59,656 nucleotides of DNA from an uncultured Dehalococcoidia bacterium (GCA_964637555.1 CAZWTJ010000002.1:1-59656); one strand, 5' to 3'. Shown: positions 27,301 to 36,821, counted from the first letter of the stretch. A program made the numbers and translations. Notes: a model not told the origin generated them from the sequence alone.

Positions 27301-27495
27301 TTAAAGTTTCCTTATTATTTCATCTGCAACATGTTCTCTACCTTTAGGCACGAGCACACGGTATTCTACTCTTTCACCCCAATGAATGATCTCATCTCGT
27401 GGAAGTATTTTTGTTGGAAGACCATCACCTTCCAACACATTCTTCCACATTTCCGCAATCATCAAATTAGGAACATTTTTATAATCAATCCACAA
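27301..27495 (-). CDS. Small soluble protein embedded in the nuo operon (DUF2007-like, tentative)
   Basis: 64 aa with a TTG start. On the minus strand AGGAGGG (27501-27507) lies 5 nt upstream and overlaps the nuoK TAG stop. The ORF ends 4 nt before the nuoL ATG. The pattern NLMIAEMWKNVLEGDGLPTKILP...YRVLVPKGREHVADEIIRKL resembles DUF2007 alpha/beta proteins. Confidence 0.55.
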   Translation of the reverse strand: MWIDYKNVPNLMIAEMWKNVLEGDGLPTKILPRDEIIHWGERVEYRVLVPKGREHVADEIIRKL

Positions 27496-27505
27496 AAAAA
27501 CCCTC

Positions 27506-27871
27506 CTATTTTTTCATTTCAGCAAGATGTGTCACATCTACTGAACTATTGGATCTGTATATAGCAATAACTATTGCCAATCCTATTGCAATTTCTGCAG
27601 CAGCTACTGCAATTACCATTATCGAGAATACATGCCCTACAAACAAATTTTGAACAGCAGATTTTGCTGCTTCCAAATTTGCATCAGATGGAAGACTGGT
27701 AACAGAAGCAGGAACAACATATCGCGAAAATGCAACAGCCGCTAAATTTACTGCATTCAACATTAATTCAATACTCATCAAAACCACAATAGCATTGCGA
27801 TTGGCTAAAGAACCATAAAGACCGATAGCAAAAACTATCGCGCTTACAATTAAAAAGTTTTCTAAAGTCAT
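27506..27871 (-). CDS. nuoK: NADH-quinone oxidoreductase subunit K
   Basis: 121-aa, 3-TM protein in the canonical position after nuoJ. Conserved membrane Glu in the [12 protein letters not shown] block. Confidence 0.85.
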   Translation of the reverse strand: MTLENFLIVSAIVFAIGLYGSLANRNAIVVLMSIELMLNAVNLAAVAFSRYVVPASVTSLPSDANLEAAKSAVQNLFVGHVFSIMVIAVAAAEIAIGLAIVIAIYRSNSSVDVTHLAEMKK

Positions 27872-27872
27872 T

Positions 27873-28457
27873 CTAATTCAACTCTCGTTCTTCACGATCT
27901 CTTCTTAGGACAACGAAAGCCCCCAGAACAGCAGCAAGTAACAGTACCCCTGCTACTTCAAATGCGATTACAAATTTATGAATTAATAGTTCAGCAATCC
28001 ATGGAATGGTATCCGAAAAAACAATATTAATGGCTTGAGAAACTGGACTAGAAATGTTTTCGGGATTACTGAGCATTTGCCACTGAGTATTCAAAAACAC
28101 AAAAATTGCAGTTATAGCAAAGATTGTAGCAATCAGAATAGCTGGAATCCGAAAACTATTATACGAACTAGAATTTTCCAAATCTTGAGTCATCAAAATA
28201 GCAAATATTATTAGAACAGAAATTGCTCCAATATAAATTAATACTTGAACTGCGGCTAAAAATTCAGCACGTAATAAAATAAACATTCCGGCCATACACA
28301 CAAAAGTAATTATTAGGCACAATGAAGCACGAAATACATTTTTTATATGTACAACTGCGAAAGCAGAAAATATCATAGAGAATGCCAACGCCCAAAATAC
28401 AATTTTTACAAACAAGCCAGATTCAATTGATCCAAATAGCATTATCGATCTGCCCAC
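27873..28457 (-). CDS. nuoJ: NADH-quinone oxidoreductase subunit J
   Basis: 194-aa, 5-TM protein between nuoI and nuoK. An alternative ATG at 28442 gives a TAATG overlap with the nuoI stop. Confidence 0.85.
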   Translation of the reverse strand: MGRSIMLFGSIESGLFVKIVFWALAFSMIFSAFAVVHIKNVFRASLCLIITFVCMAGMFILLRAEFLAAVQVLIYIGAISVLIIFAILMTQDLENSSSYNSFRIPAILIATIFAITAIFVFLNTQWQMLSNPENISSPVSQAINIVFSDTIPWIAELLIHKFVIAFEVAGVLLLAAVLGAFVVLRRDREERELN

Positions 28458-29113
28458 CTATCTTCAAGATCTTCCATCGTAGGTTGTTCATGTCTTCCAA
28501 CATTATCCCATTCAACGGATTTTGGCCCAAAAGGATTATACGTTTTGTTCTCAAGTTGTGGCCTAAACCAGTTACTTGGATGTTTCTCAGACTCAACAAG
28601 CCTTTGCTTATTAATTACTAACTCTTCTCTGGAATATTTCCCTTCTTCAAAACCACTGCCCATGTGTAAAGCATCATACGGACAAGCTTCAACACAAAGC
28701 CCACAAAACATGCATCTTCCAATATCAATATCAAATTTTTCAAGAAAGTATTTTTCACCTTCCGGAATAAATTTTCCACTCGGTTTGGTGACAATTTCAA
28801 TAATTCCCAAGGGACAATATTTGGCGCAAGAAGCACAACCTGTGCACCTTTCTTCATACCAACTGAATTCTTCACCTCTGAATCGTGGGTGTTGTTTCTG
28901 TCGATCACTAATCGATATCAATCCCAATAATGATTTTATCGAACTCAAAGGATGTGAAAATAAATACACAAAAAGATTTGACTCATCTATTTTAGCCAAG
29001 TCAAGGGGACTGGCTTTTCTGTCTGGATATTGATGGACAGTAAACATACGGGAAGGAATCAATAGGTTTTTCAACGTGATCCATAAACCCTTTATTAAGC
29101 CAAAACCGTACAT
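28442..29113 (-). CDS. nuoI: NADH-quinone oxidoreductase subunit I (2x[4Fe-4S])
   Basis: Two ferredoxin motifs, CTGCASCAKYCP and CMFCGLCVEACP. Confidence 0.9.
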   Translation of the reverse strand: MYGFGLIKGLWITLKNLLIPSRMFTVHQYPDRKASPLDLAKIDESNLFVYLFSHPLSSIKSLLGLISISDRQKQHPRFRGEEFSWYEERCTGCASCAKYCPLGIIEIVTKPSGKFIPEGEKYFLEKFDIDIGRCMFCGLCVEACPYDALHMGSGFEEGKYSREELVINKQRLVESEKHPSNWFRPQLENKTYNPFGPKSVEWDNVGRHEQPTMEDLEDRWADR

Positions 29114-30321
29114 TATTCACTCTCCGCATACATATTAGCCAAAGATGATGGTTGTGCTTTAGGTCTCTTCAATTTCGATTGCCCTAATGCATTAGCCATA
29201 AACACAATAGAAACAATAGTAACTACCCAATTAATCGCACCCATTAGTATCAGTGAATTTAACGAAATAGATCCAAGATTATCTTGAAAAATCTCAATTT
29301 CTACAACCAATAAAATAATATTTAAAAATGCCAAAGCCAATAAAGCCTTCCATGAAAAGGCCATTATTTGATCAAATCTGATTCTCGGCCAAGTCGCTCT
29401 AATCCATAAAAGGACAAAAACAACTGAGAAAACTTTTATCAAAAACCACAATTCTCCTGGAAGCCATGACCAACCACGGAATCCGCCTAGAAACAAAGTC
29501 GTCACAACAATCCCAGTGATTAATGGTGCCATAAATTCCGCAAGCTGAAAAATACCAAATTTCATCCCGCTATACTCAGTATGATATCCAGCTCCAAGTT
29601 CAGATTCTGCCTCTATTTGGTCAAACGGTGCTCTACTCATCTCTGCTACAGAAGCTATTAAGAAAATAAGAAATCCGAGGGGTTGGACCAACAAGAATGG
29701 CAATTGTTGTGCTTCAACAATTCCTGAAAGCGACATGGTTCCACTCATCAAGATAACACCCACAATTGCCAACCCCATTGGAATTTCATAACTAATTAGC
29801 ATTGCGACTCCACGCATCGCACCCAACATAGAATATTTATTCCCATCAGCCCAACCAGCCATAATGATTGCAACAACGTTCACTGAGGTAATTGCAACAA
29901 TATATAAAACTCCAACGTTTAATTTTCCCAAAAACGAGTTGTTCCCCAAAGGTATAACTGCAATCACTGCCAATGTAGCAGACAAGAAAATTATAGGAGC
30001 CAAATTATGCACAATTTTATCAGCGATATCAGTAGTAGTGTCTTCTTTAGTAATAATTTTAATTAAGTCAGCGATTGGTTGAAATATCCCGAATGGCCCC
30101 CATCTATTCGGACCCAGACGAGCTTGGAACCTTGCAAGAACACGCCTTTCAAACAAGATGTATAATGCTGTCGCCATTACCACAACATTTACAGCAGCAA
30201 AAGCTAAGGAAATAGCGGCCATCATAAAGGCCATCCAGTCTAAATTTTCAGGCAAGAAAGAATCAAAAATAGAATATATATTACAAAAATGAATCAACCC
30301 ACCTGAAAATTCATTGCACAT
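29113..30321 (-). CDS. nuoH: NADH-quinone oxidoreductase subunit H
   Basis: ERRVLARFQARLGPNRWGPFGIFQPIADLIK and YHTEYSGMKFG blocks. 1-nt overlaps with nuoD and nuoI. Confidence 0.9.
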   Translation of the reverse strand: MCNEFSGGLIHFCNIYSIFDSFLPENLDWMAFMMAAISLAFAAVNVVVMATALYILFERRVLARFQARLGPNRWGPFGIFQPIADLIKIITKEDTTTDIADKIVHNLAPIIFLSATLAVIAVIPLGNNSFLGKLNVGVLYIVAITSVNVVAIIMAGWADGNKYSMLGAMRGVAMLISYEIPMGLAIVGVILMSGTMSLSGIVEAQQLPFLLVQPLGFLIFLIASVAEMSRAPFDQIEAESELGAGYHTEYSGMKFGIFQLAEFMAPLITGIVVTTLFLGGFRGWSWLPGELWFLIKVFSVVFVLLWIRATWPRIRFDQIMAFSWKALLALAFLNIILLVVEIEIFQDNLGSISLNSLILMGAINWVVTIVSIVFMANALGQSKLKRPKAQPSSLANMYAESE

Positions 30322-31424
30322 TAGCGATCAACCTCTCCAAGGACTATATCAATAGACCCAAAAATTGTTATCAAATCGCCCATTTTCCATCCAACTAACA
30401 TTTCTTTAAGTAATGTTAAATTGATAAACGAAGGGGCCCGAACCTTGCATCTATACGGTGCAATACCTCCATCACTAACAAGATAAAAACCCAACTCTCC
30501 TTTGGGTCCTTCTACTGCAGCATATGCGTCACCTGCAGCCGGCCTTACGAAAAAAGGTGTTTCAGTTTTTATAGGTCCTATTGGGATATCACGAATACAT
30601 TGCGCGATAATTTTAAGGCTTTCTCTCATTTCTTGAACTCTTACAAAATATCGATCAAAGGTATCTCCCTTAGATCCAATAGGAACATCAAACTCAAGCC
30701 GGTCATAAATTTCATAGGGGTCTGCCTTACGCAAATCCCATTCTACACCGGTTGCCCTTAGCATTGGACCAGATAAAGAAGCATTGATAGCATCTGATGG
30801 CGAAATTACTCCTACATCATTTGTCCTTGCTAGAACAACTTCATTACCAGTAATAAGAGTCTCAAGTTCATCTAAGTATTTGGGGAAATTACTAATAAAA
30901 TCAGTTAATGCTGGCCAAAAGTCTTCTGGAGTATCTTGGAAAATTCCTCCAGGCCGCATAAAACTTAACGTTATCCTTGCACCACATAGCATTTCAAATA
31001 AATCTAAAATTCTTTCTCTTTCACGAAAACAGTACATTAGTGGCGTAGCAAAAGCTCCAAGGTCATTTAGCAAAAAGCCTGTGGCCATCAGATGACTGGA
31101 AATCCTAGAAAGTTCGGCACTAATCACCCTGATATATTGTGCTCTTTCCGGCACTTCAATACCGGCCAATTTTTCAACAGTCAAAACGTATGCCTGATTA
31201 TTTGTCATGGAAGACGTATAATCCATTCGGTCTGTTAATGTTACTACCTGGACAAATGTCCTTGATTCTGCAAGTTTTTCGGATCCTCTATGTAGATACC
31301 CCAAAACAGGTTCAGCATCGACTACAATTTCACCATCAAAAGTTACCCTCAATCGAAATACGCCATGAGTACTAGGATGTTGAGGTCCTAGGTTAATAGT
31401 TATTGGTTCGGTCCTTAATGTCAT
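30321..31424 (-). CDS. nuoD: NADH-quinone oxidoreductase subunit D
   Basis: INLGPQHPSTHGVFRL N-terminus and RAPSFINL...DIVLGEVDR C-terminus. Confidence 0.9.
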   Translation of the reverse strand: MTLRTEPITINLGPQHPSTHGVFRLRVTFDGEIVVDAEPVLGYLHRGSEKLAESRTFVQVVTLTDRMDYTSSMTNNQAYVLTVEKLAGIEVPERAQYIRVISAELSRISSHLMATGFLLNDLGAFATPLMYCFRERERILDLFEMLCGARITLSFMRPGGIFQDTPEDFWPALTDFISNFPKYLDELETLITGNEVVLARTNDVGVISPSDAINASLSGPMLRATGVEWDLRKADPYEIYDRLEFDVPIGSKGDTFDRYFVRVQEMRESLKIIAQCIRDIPIGPIKTETPFFVRPAAGDAYAAVEGPKGELGFYLVSDGGIAPYRCKVRAPSFINLTLLKEMLVGWKMGDLITIFGSIDIVLGEVDR

Positions 31425-31882
31425 ATTTTTTGTTCTTCTTGGCCTAAGAAATCTTTTCTCAGTGGGTGGCCCTCAAAGCCTTCCCACAGCAAAACCCTTT
31501 TCATGTTTGGGTGTTCATTAAACTTAATCCCAAATAAATCCCAGATTTCTCTCTCCTGCAATTCGGCCCCTTTCCATACTCTTGTAAGGCTTTGAATTGA
31601 AGGATTCTGCCTATTATATAAATTAGTCTTCAATATCAAACTACGATTGAATTTCATTGACAACAAATGATAGACAATCTGAAAGTACTCTATATAGTCT
31701 ACCGCTGTAATAGAAGTCAAATACCCTAATTCCAGGGCTTCGTGATCTTTCAACAAAGCCGCGATTTCAAAAATCTTGTTCGGATCAACGAATAATTCAT
31801 TTTGAGCATGTTCTAGAATTGATCCAGAAATTTCCGCTTCTAACAATTCAACTACCTTTATAGTATCAACAACTCGAGTCAT
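31421..31882 (-). CDS. nuoC: NADH-quinone oxidoreductase subunit C
   Basis: EREIWDLFGIKFNEHPNMKRVLL block. I set the start at ATG 31882, immediately after the nuoB stop. The longer ORF to 31948 would overlap nuoB. Confidence 0.85.
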   Translation of the reverse strand: MTRVVDTIKVVELLEAEISGSILEHAQNELFVDPNKIFEIAALLKDHEALELGYLTSITAVDYIEYFQIVYHLLSMKFNRSLILKTNLYNRQNPSIQSLTRVWKGAELQEREIWDLFGIKFNEHPNMKRVLLWEGFEGHPLRKDFLGQEEQKI

Positions 31883-31883
31883 A

Positions 31884-32510
31884 CTATTTCTTGTTCCTAT
31901 TAAGTATTGAATTTTTCCTAATCTTTTCATGAAGTTGCATGACACCATAGACTAACGCATCCGGTCTAGGAGGACATCCTGGAACGTATACATCCACTGG
32001 GATTATATGGTTAACTCCTGGCACCACACTATAAGAACCGTAATAAGGGCCTCCGCTTGTTGCACAAACACCCATAGAAATTACCCACTTTGGTTCAGCC
32101 ATTTGTTCATAAACCCTCTGAATCGCTGGGGCCATTTTCCACGTTACAGTACCAGCTATAATGATTAAATCTGCCTGACGTGGAGTTGGACGGAAGACCT
32201 CCATACCAAAACGAGCCAAGTCAAATCTGGACATAGCAGAAGCCATCATCTCAAATGCACAACAAGCCAATCCAAAGGACAACGGCCAAACAGATGATTT
32301 CCTACCCCAATTAAGCAATGCATCCACGGAAGTTACAGCTAAATTTTTTTTCAAATCTTCAGGAACTTCAATTATTCCTTCCGAAATAGGAGCAGTGTGT
32401 GTGGCCTTTAATCCATTAATTACTTCTCCTTCAGAGCGATCCAATTCCCAAGTCGCTTCACAAAGTGGTATTAAACTTTGATTCAAGTCGGTCATTTTAC
32501 CCCCAATCAA
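31884..32510 (-). CDS. nuoB: NADH-quinone oxidoreductase subunit B
   Basis: N2-cluster cysteines in [18 protein letters not shown] and VPGCPPRP. Confidence 0.9.
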   Translation of the reverse strand: MIGGKMTDLNQSLIPLCEATWELDRSEGEVINGLKATHTAPISEGIIEVPEDLKKNLAVTSVDALLNWGRKSSVWPLSFGLACCAFEMMASAMSRFDLARFGMEVFRPTPRQADLIIIAGTVTWKMAPAIQRVYEQMAEPKWVISMGVCATSGGPYYGSYSVVPGVNHIIPVDVYVPGCPPRPDALVYGVMQLHEKIRKNSILNRNKK

Positions 32511-32934
32511 AAGATCCTTTACGCCACGCGTAGCCCCATCCTAAAAGTAATATACCAATGAATAGTAGCATAGAAAACAAAAATGATAATCCGAGTTGTA
32601 TAGACCAAAAACCATAACTGGCAGCCCACGGAAACAAAAATACAACCTCGATATCAAAAATTACAAAATCAATGGCAAGAGCATAATAACGGAAATTGAA
32701 TTGATTCCATTTACCCGTGATGGCTTCAAACCCACATTCATAGATACTAGACTTGATTTTACTGGGAACTTGAGGCCTGATTCCAATCTTAGATAAAGCA
32801 AATGAAGCTACTATCATTCCGGTGGGGATTGCTACTGCAACAGTTAAAAAAGCAAGAATAATCGCATACTGTCTATAATAGTCATCCATGTATTCCATAT
32901 TCAGTAAATCCCCCTGATTCAAAAATACGGTCAT
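32497..32934 (-). CDS. nuoA: NADH-quinone oxidoreductase subunit A
   Basis: 3-TM protein with the YECGFEAI block. First gene of the operon. The true start may be an internal ATG (32898 or 32889). Confidence 0.85.
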   Translation of the reverse strand: MTVFLNQGDLLNMEYMDDYYRQYAIILAFLTVAVAIPTGMIVASFALSKIGIRPQVPSKIKSSIYECGFEAITGKWNQFNFRYYALAIDFVIFDIEVVFLFPWAASYGFWSIQLGLSFLFSMLLFIGILLLGWGYAWRKGSFDWG

Positions 32935-33135
32935 TTTTCTTACCAGCCGATATTATAACAAAAGACTATCAGATTTTCTTCAACAAAAATCATATATATT
33001 GCTGAAATTTTAGGATAGTTTTTTTGAATTTTTGAGTAAGGATATTTTTCTCAACTCTGAGATATAATAGTGAAACTTTTTAACCACTCACCAAAGAACT
33101 ATTCTCTGTTCTAAATTAATAATTAAAGATCTACT
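32935..33135. promoter_or_regulatory. Divergent promoter region (nuo operon / polyprenyl synthase)
   Basis: 201-nt AT-rich gap, the largest in the window. A perfect TATAAT at 33063-33068 on the plus strand is preceded by TG at 33058-33059. I found no convincing -35. Confidence 0.35.
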
Positions 33136-34197
33136 ATGCCAGACCACGAAGCAAGCTACAACTCGAATTCGAAATTAGAACCTCCCATGATTTTGTCGAA
33201 ATACTTTCGTCAGATTCATGAATTTGGGAAAAGCCAAATACTCAAAGATAATCCAAAAGTTTACGACGCACTGAGGTATTCTATGGGATGGATTGACGAA
33301 AACGAGAATCCTTCATCACCACATGGAAAATCTCTTAGACCAGCTTTATGTCTTTATACTTGCGAATCACTTGGAACACCTTTTGAAACAGCAATCCCCG
33401 CTGCAGTTGCCCTGGAATTAATTCATAACTTTTCATTAATACATGATGATATTCAAGATAAAGATTTGATTCGTCATCACAAACCAACTTTGTGGGCCCG
33501 CCTTGGAACACCCAAAGCATTGATTGCTGGTAACATTATGCGAGTCATAGCTGACAAAACGGCACGTGATTTAGAATCTAATGATTTGCCTCCAGATATA
33601 ATTTTTAATGTAATAAAGTTACTAACAAAATCATGTCTAGAAATGATTGAAGGACAATTTTTGGACATCCAATTCGAATCACAATTACAAATTTCAATTC
33701 CAGATTATATGAATATGATTTCACTAAAAACAGGAGCACTCATTAGAACATCAATTACAATTGGTGCATCTATTGGCACGCAAGACAACAAACTAATAAC
33801 GGATTTTAATAATTTTGCTACAAATTTGGGTTTTGCTTTTCAAATACGTGATGACTATTTAGGTATTTGGGGGGATTCCACTGAAACAGGAAAATCTGTG
33901 GGAGCAGACATCCTAAGAAAAAAGAATACTTTGCCTATTATCCACCTAAAAAGCCAATCTTCAGGTACAAATTCTAAACATGTTGAAAAAATCTTCTTGA
34001 AAGATTCTATCTCAGAAAATGACCTTTCGGACATCCTACACATTATGGATGAACTACAAACCAAGGATTACACTGCGGAACGCACAAACCATTATTGTGA
34101 TTTGGCATTAGAACATTTAAATAAACTAAATTTAGACAATTCGTATAAATATAACTTTTTAGAGCTATTAGAATTTTTCAGGTCACGTGAATTCTAA
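33136..34197 (+). CDS. Polyprenyl diphosphate synthase (GGPP synthase-like)
   Basis: GKSLRPALCL, a first Asp-rich motif LIHDDIQD, a second Asp-rich block FQIRDDYLGIWGD, and GKSVGADILRKK. Confidence 0.85.
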   Translation: MPDHEASYNSNSKLEPPMILSKYFRQIHEFGKSQILKDNPKVYDALRYSMGWIDENENPSSPHGKSLRPALCLYTCESLGTPFETAIPAAVALELIHNFSLIHDDIQDKDLIRHHKPTLWARLGTPKALIAGNIMRVIADKTARDLESNDLPPDIIFNVIKLLTKSCLEMIEGQFLDIQFESQLQISIPDYMNMISLKTGALIRTSITIGASIGTQDNKLITDFNNFATNLGFAFQIRDDYLGIWGDSTETGKSVGADILRKKNTLPIIHLKSQSSGTNSKHVEKIFLKDSISENDLSDILHIMDELQTKDYTAERTNHYCDLALEHLNKLNLDNSYKYNFLELLEFFRSREF

Positions 34198-34353
34198 AAT
34201 AACAATATGGAACTTCTTAATCCCTAATCAAAATCAACTCGAAACCTACAATGAATCATTGCGACTTCCTACCCAATTTGAAATTGATTACTCATGCAAA
34301 TTGTGGTAGTGTCGATTGTAGATTACATCACTAAAATATCTCTGGGGAGACCT

Positions 34354-34836
34354 ATGACAACTCCATCATTAACACACACTGGCATTAAGACTTCTACACA
34401 AACTTTAAAAGTGAATTCTCAAGAAGCTCCGGATTTTGTAGATATAACCGAAGAAGTATTTGAATGTATTAATCAATCAAACATCAACTTCGGATTTGTG
34501 GTAGTTTTTTCCAAGCATACCACTGCCGGCATTACGATCCAGGAAAATGAGCCTCTATTACTGGAAGACATGAAACGATTACTGGAAAAGATTGCCCCAA
34601 AAGATGACCCTTATAGACATAATGACTTTTCAGTGAGAACAGTTCACATGCATGATGATGAATGTCCTAATGGACATTCTCATTGTCAACAATTAATGAT
34701 TGGATCTAGTGAAACTATACCAATCATTGACGCAAAACTATCTCTTGGGAAATGGCAAAGAATTTTTATGGTGGAACTCGATGATGGAAGACGAGAATTC
34801 AACCGCGAAATCACAGTCCAGATCCTTGGTGTATGA
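34354..34836 (+). CDS. yjbQ: YjbQ/UPF0047 family (secondary thiamine-phosphate synthase) protein
   Basis: FVDITEEV...GFVVVFSKHTTAGITIQENEP and LGKWQRIFMVELDDGRRE blocks. I set the start at ATG 34354 with GGGGAGA upstream. Confidence 0.8.
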   Translation: MTTPSLTHTGIKTSTQTLKVNSQEAPDFVDITEEVFECINQSNINFGFVVVFSKHTTAGITIQENEPLLLEDMKRLLEKIAPKDDPYRHNDFSVRTVHMHDDECPNGHSHCQQLMIGSSETIPIIDAKLSLGKWQRIFMVELDDGRREFNREITVQILGV

Positions 34837-34864
34837 ACCTTAATAACACAACAGAAACTTGAAT

Positions 34865-35773
34865 ATGTTGTCCAACTTAGAATCTGCGTATAGTGTTTGT
34901 GAACAAATCACTCAAAGTTCTGCAAAGAATTTCTTTTACGCATTTCGTGTTCTACCAAAGGAAAAACGTAGCGCAATTTATGTGGTTTATGCTTTTTGTC
35001 GAATGTGTGATGACATTGCTGATGGAACCCTGCCTAATCAAGCGAAATTTGACAAATTAGAAGAAATAGCAAAATTTTTCGATAGACCATTCAATAAAAG
35101 TATCGATTCTGAAAGTCCCGTTTTCCTAGCACTTCATGACGTAATAATTAAATACAAAATCCCCAAAAACTATTTCACTGAATTCATCGATGGAATGATA
35201 ATGGATCAAACAATTAACAGGTATTCTGACTTTTCAGAACTCGAACTTTACTGCCACAAGGTTGCAAGTGTTGTAGGTCTAATATGTATAGAAATATTTG
35301 GATACAAGGATAAAAGCAATAATATTTTTGCCAGTGCAGACAAACTTGGAATTGCGATGCAGCTTACTAACATAATTCGGGATATTAAAGACGATATCAA
35401 ACGGAACAGAATTTATATCCCACAATCAGATCTTTTGAAATTTGGTTATACAGAAACACAATTAAAAGAATCAGTATATAACAAAAGATTTTGTTCTCTA
35501 ATGGAGTTTCAAACTCAACGAATTAAGTCTCTTTTTAATGCTAGCCGAGAATTGGATCAACTCATAAATGAAGATTCCCGATCATGCATTAAAATTTTAA
35601 GAAGTCTGTACCTAAAAATACTCTATAAGATAGAAGCGTCAGAATACGATCTATATGGACCGGAAATCTCACTAAGTAAGAAAGAGAAAATCGAAACTAT
35701 GCTAAAACTATGGATTCATCACATTGGTATTAATTTTACCAATAAATTGAAATCCATTATTATAAATGGATAA
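34865..35773 (+). CDS. Phytoene/squalene synthase family protein
   Basis: SAKNFFYAFRVLP, YAFCRMCDDIADG (DDxxD) and TNIIRDIKDDIKRNRIYIP motifs. A TTG at 34859 is an alternative start. Confidence 0.85.
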   Translation: MLSNLESAYSVCEQITQSSAKNFFYAFRVLPKEKRSAIYVVYAFCRMCDDIADGTLPNQAKFDKLEEIAKFFDRPFNKSIDSESPVFLALHDVIIKYKIPKNYFTEFIDGMIMDQTINRYSDFSELELYCHKVASVVGLICIEIFGYKDKSNNIFASADKLGIAMQLTNIIRDIKDDIKRNRIYIPQSDLLKFGYTETQLKESVYNKRFCSLMEFQTQRIKSLFNASRELDQLINEDSRSCIKILRSLYLKILYKIEASEYDLYGPEISLSKKEKIETMLKLWIHHIGINFTNKLKSIIING

Positions 35774-35791
35774 ATCTAATTGGGAGCGAAT

Positions 35792-36727
35792 ATGTCCACC
35801 ACAAAAGTTATAGTAGATACTGATCCAGGAAATGATGACCTTTTGGCAATTGTTATGGCACTAAATATTTCACAACTCGACCTGTTAGGATTAACGGTTG
35901 TGGGAGGGAACGCTACCCTAAAGGACACTACCAACAATGCCCTCAGTATTTTAACTTACATGGGCCGGACAGACATCCCAGTCTATGTTGGCGATCCAAG
36001 CGCGTTAAATCAAAAATTCACAACCCCTGCAGAAGTTGATGAATTTAATTCACATAGATCTAGAATTCATGGTGCTCACGGACTCCACATTAATTTGCCA
36101 GAACCTTCTTTCCCTGCTGAAGAAGATCATGCAGTAGATTTCATTATTCAACAAGCCAAGGCAAATAAAGGCCAATTAGTATTGGCACCAATTGGTCCTC
36201 TAACGAATATTGCTCTAGCAATCAAAAAAGAACCAAATTTAAAGAGTTGGGTTAAATCGATTCACGTTATGGGAGGAGCAGTCAATGTGCCGGGAAATGT
36301 AACACCCTTTGCCGAATTCAATATATATTGTGACCCAGTAGCAGCAAATGAGGTATTTTCATCTGGAATGGATATTAAATTATGTGGATTAGATATTACT
36401 CAGCACACCTCTATAAAAAAACTTGAAACCGACTGGTTGAAAGGCAACTCACGAGGCGAAATACTAATTAGAGAATTAATGGGAAACATATACAAAAATG
36501 ATGCGAGTAGAGAATTTTTTAGTTTGCATGATCCCATCACAATTCTATCCGTCATTCATCCAGAAATGATTGAATGGAAAAAATCAACTATTGATGTCTC
36601 AACAGATCCAATACAATTTGGTAGAACCATTGACACAAATAATCCAGAAGGTTCGGTTCATATTGCTACAGAAATCGATCAAGAAGCTGCAAAAACGCGA
36701 ATTGCACAAATTATTGCCGCAAATTAA
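35792..36727 (+). CDS. Nucleoside hydrolase (IUNH family)
   Basis: VIVDTDPGNDDLLAI (DxDxxxDD Ca2+ site) and HDPITIL. ATG 35792 is preceded by TGGGAG. Confidence 0.85.
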   Translation: MSTTKVIVDTDPGNDDLLAIVMALNISQLDLLGLTVVGGNATLKDTTNNALSILTYMGRTDIPVYVGDPSALNQKFTTPAEVDEFNSHRSRIHGAHGLHINLPEPSFPAEEDHAVDFIIQQAKANKGQLVLAPIGPLTNIALAIKKEPNLKSWVKSIHVMGGAVNVPGNVTPFAEFNIYCDPVAANEVFSSGMDIKLCGLDITQHTSIKKLETDWLKGNSRGEILIRELMGNIYKNDASREFFSLHDPITILSVIHPEMIEWKKSTIDVSTDPIQFGRTIDTNNPEGSVHIATEIDQEAAKTRIAQIIAAN

Positions 36728-36741
36728 TTAGTCATTTGCAC

Positions 36742-36775
36742 TATAATTATTAGCTACTCCAAATGATTTGTAGTA
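36742..36775 (+). promoter_or_regulatory. Putative suf promoter -10 box plus 21-bp inverted repeat (candidate Rrf2 operator)
   Basis: TATAAT at 36742-36747. TACTCCAAAT-G-ATTTGTAGTA at 36755-36775 pairs at 9 of 10 positions around a central G. Lies 47 nt upstream of the sufB ATG. Confidence 0.3.
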
Positions 36776-36821
36776 CAATTAGTTTACCGCTGAGGTCAAC
36801 TTTAAAAAGGCTAAATATTTT

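Noticed and set aside
27331-27564. 77-aa plus-strand ORF overlapping the small nuo-embedded ORF.
   Set aside because: It is on the wrong strand for the operon, has no SD sequence, and overlaps the nuoK 3' end. The minus-strand ORF has a consensus AGGAGG site.
28545-29033. Long antisense or alternative-frame ORFs inside well-supported genes (this 162-aa ORF opposite nuoI). Others are 2076-2315, 3210-3596, 6070-6423, 8684-9085, 17588-17974, 24586-24957, 30784-31095 and 57658-57906.
   Set aside because: They lie entirely within genes that have strong family motifs on the other strand or frame. They have low-complexity or odd composition and no RBS. They are typical shadow ORFs.
31883-31948. N-terminal extension of the nuoC ORF overlapping nuoB by 65 nt.
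   Set aside because: The ATG at 31882 lies immediately after the nuoB stop and matches the operon's tight-coupling pattern.
34198-34353. Possible TPP riboswitch or other leader RNA in the 156-nt gap upstream of yjbQ (a thiamine-related family).
   Set aside because: No CUGAGA/ACCUGA-type TPP core elements or convincing conserved helices are visible. It is probably just a promoter region. A covariance-model (Rfam) scan would be decisive.
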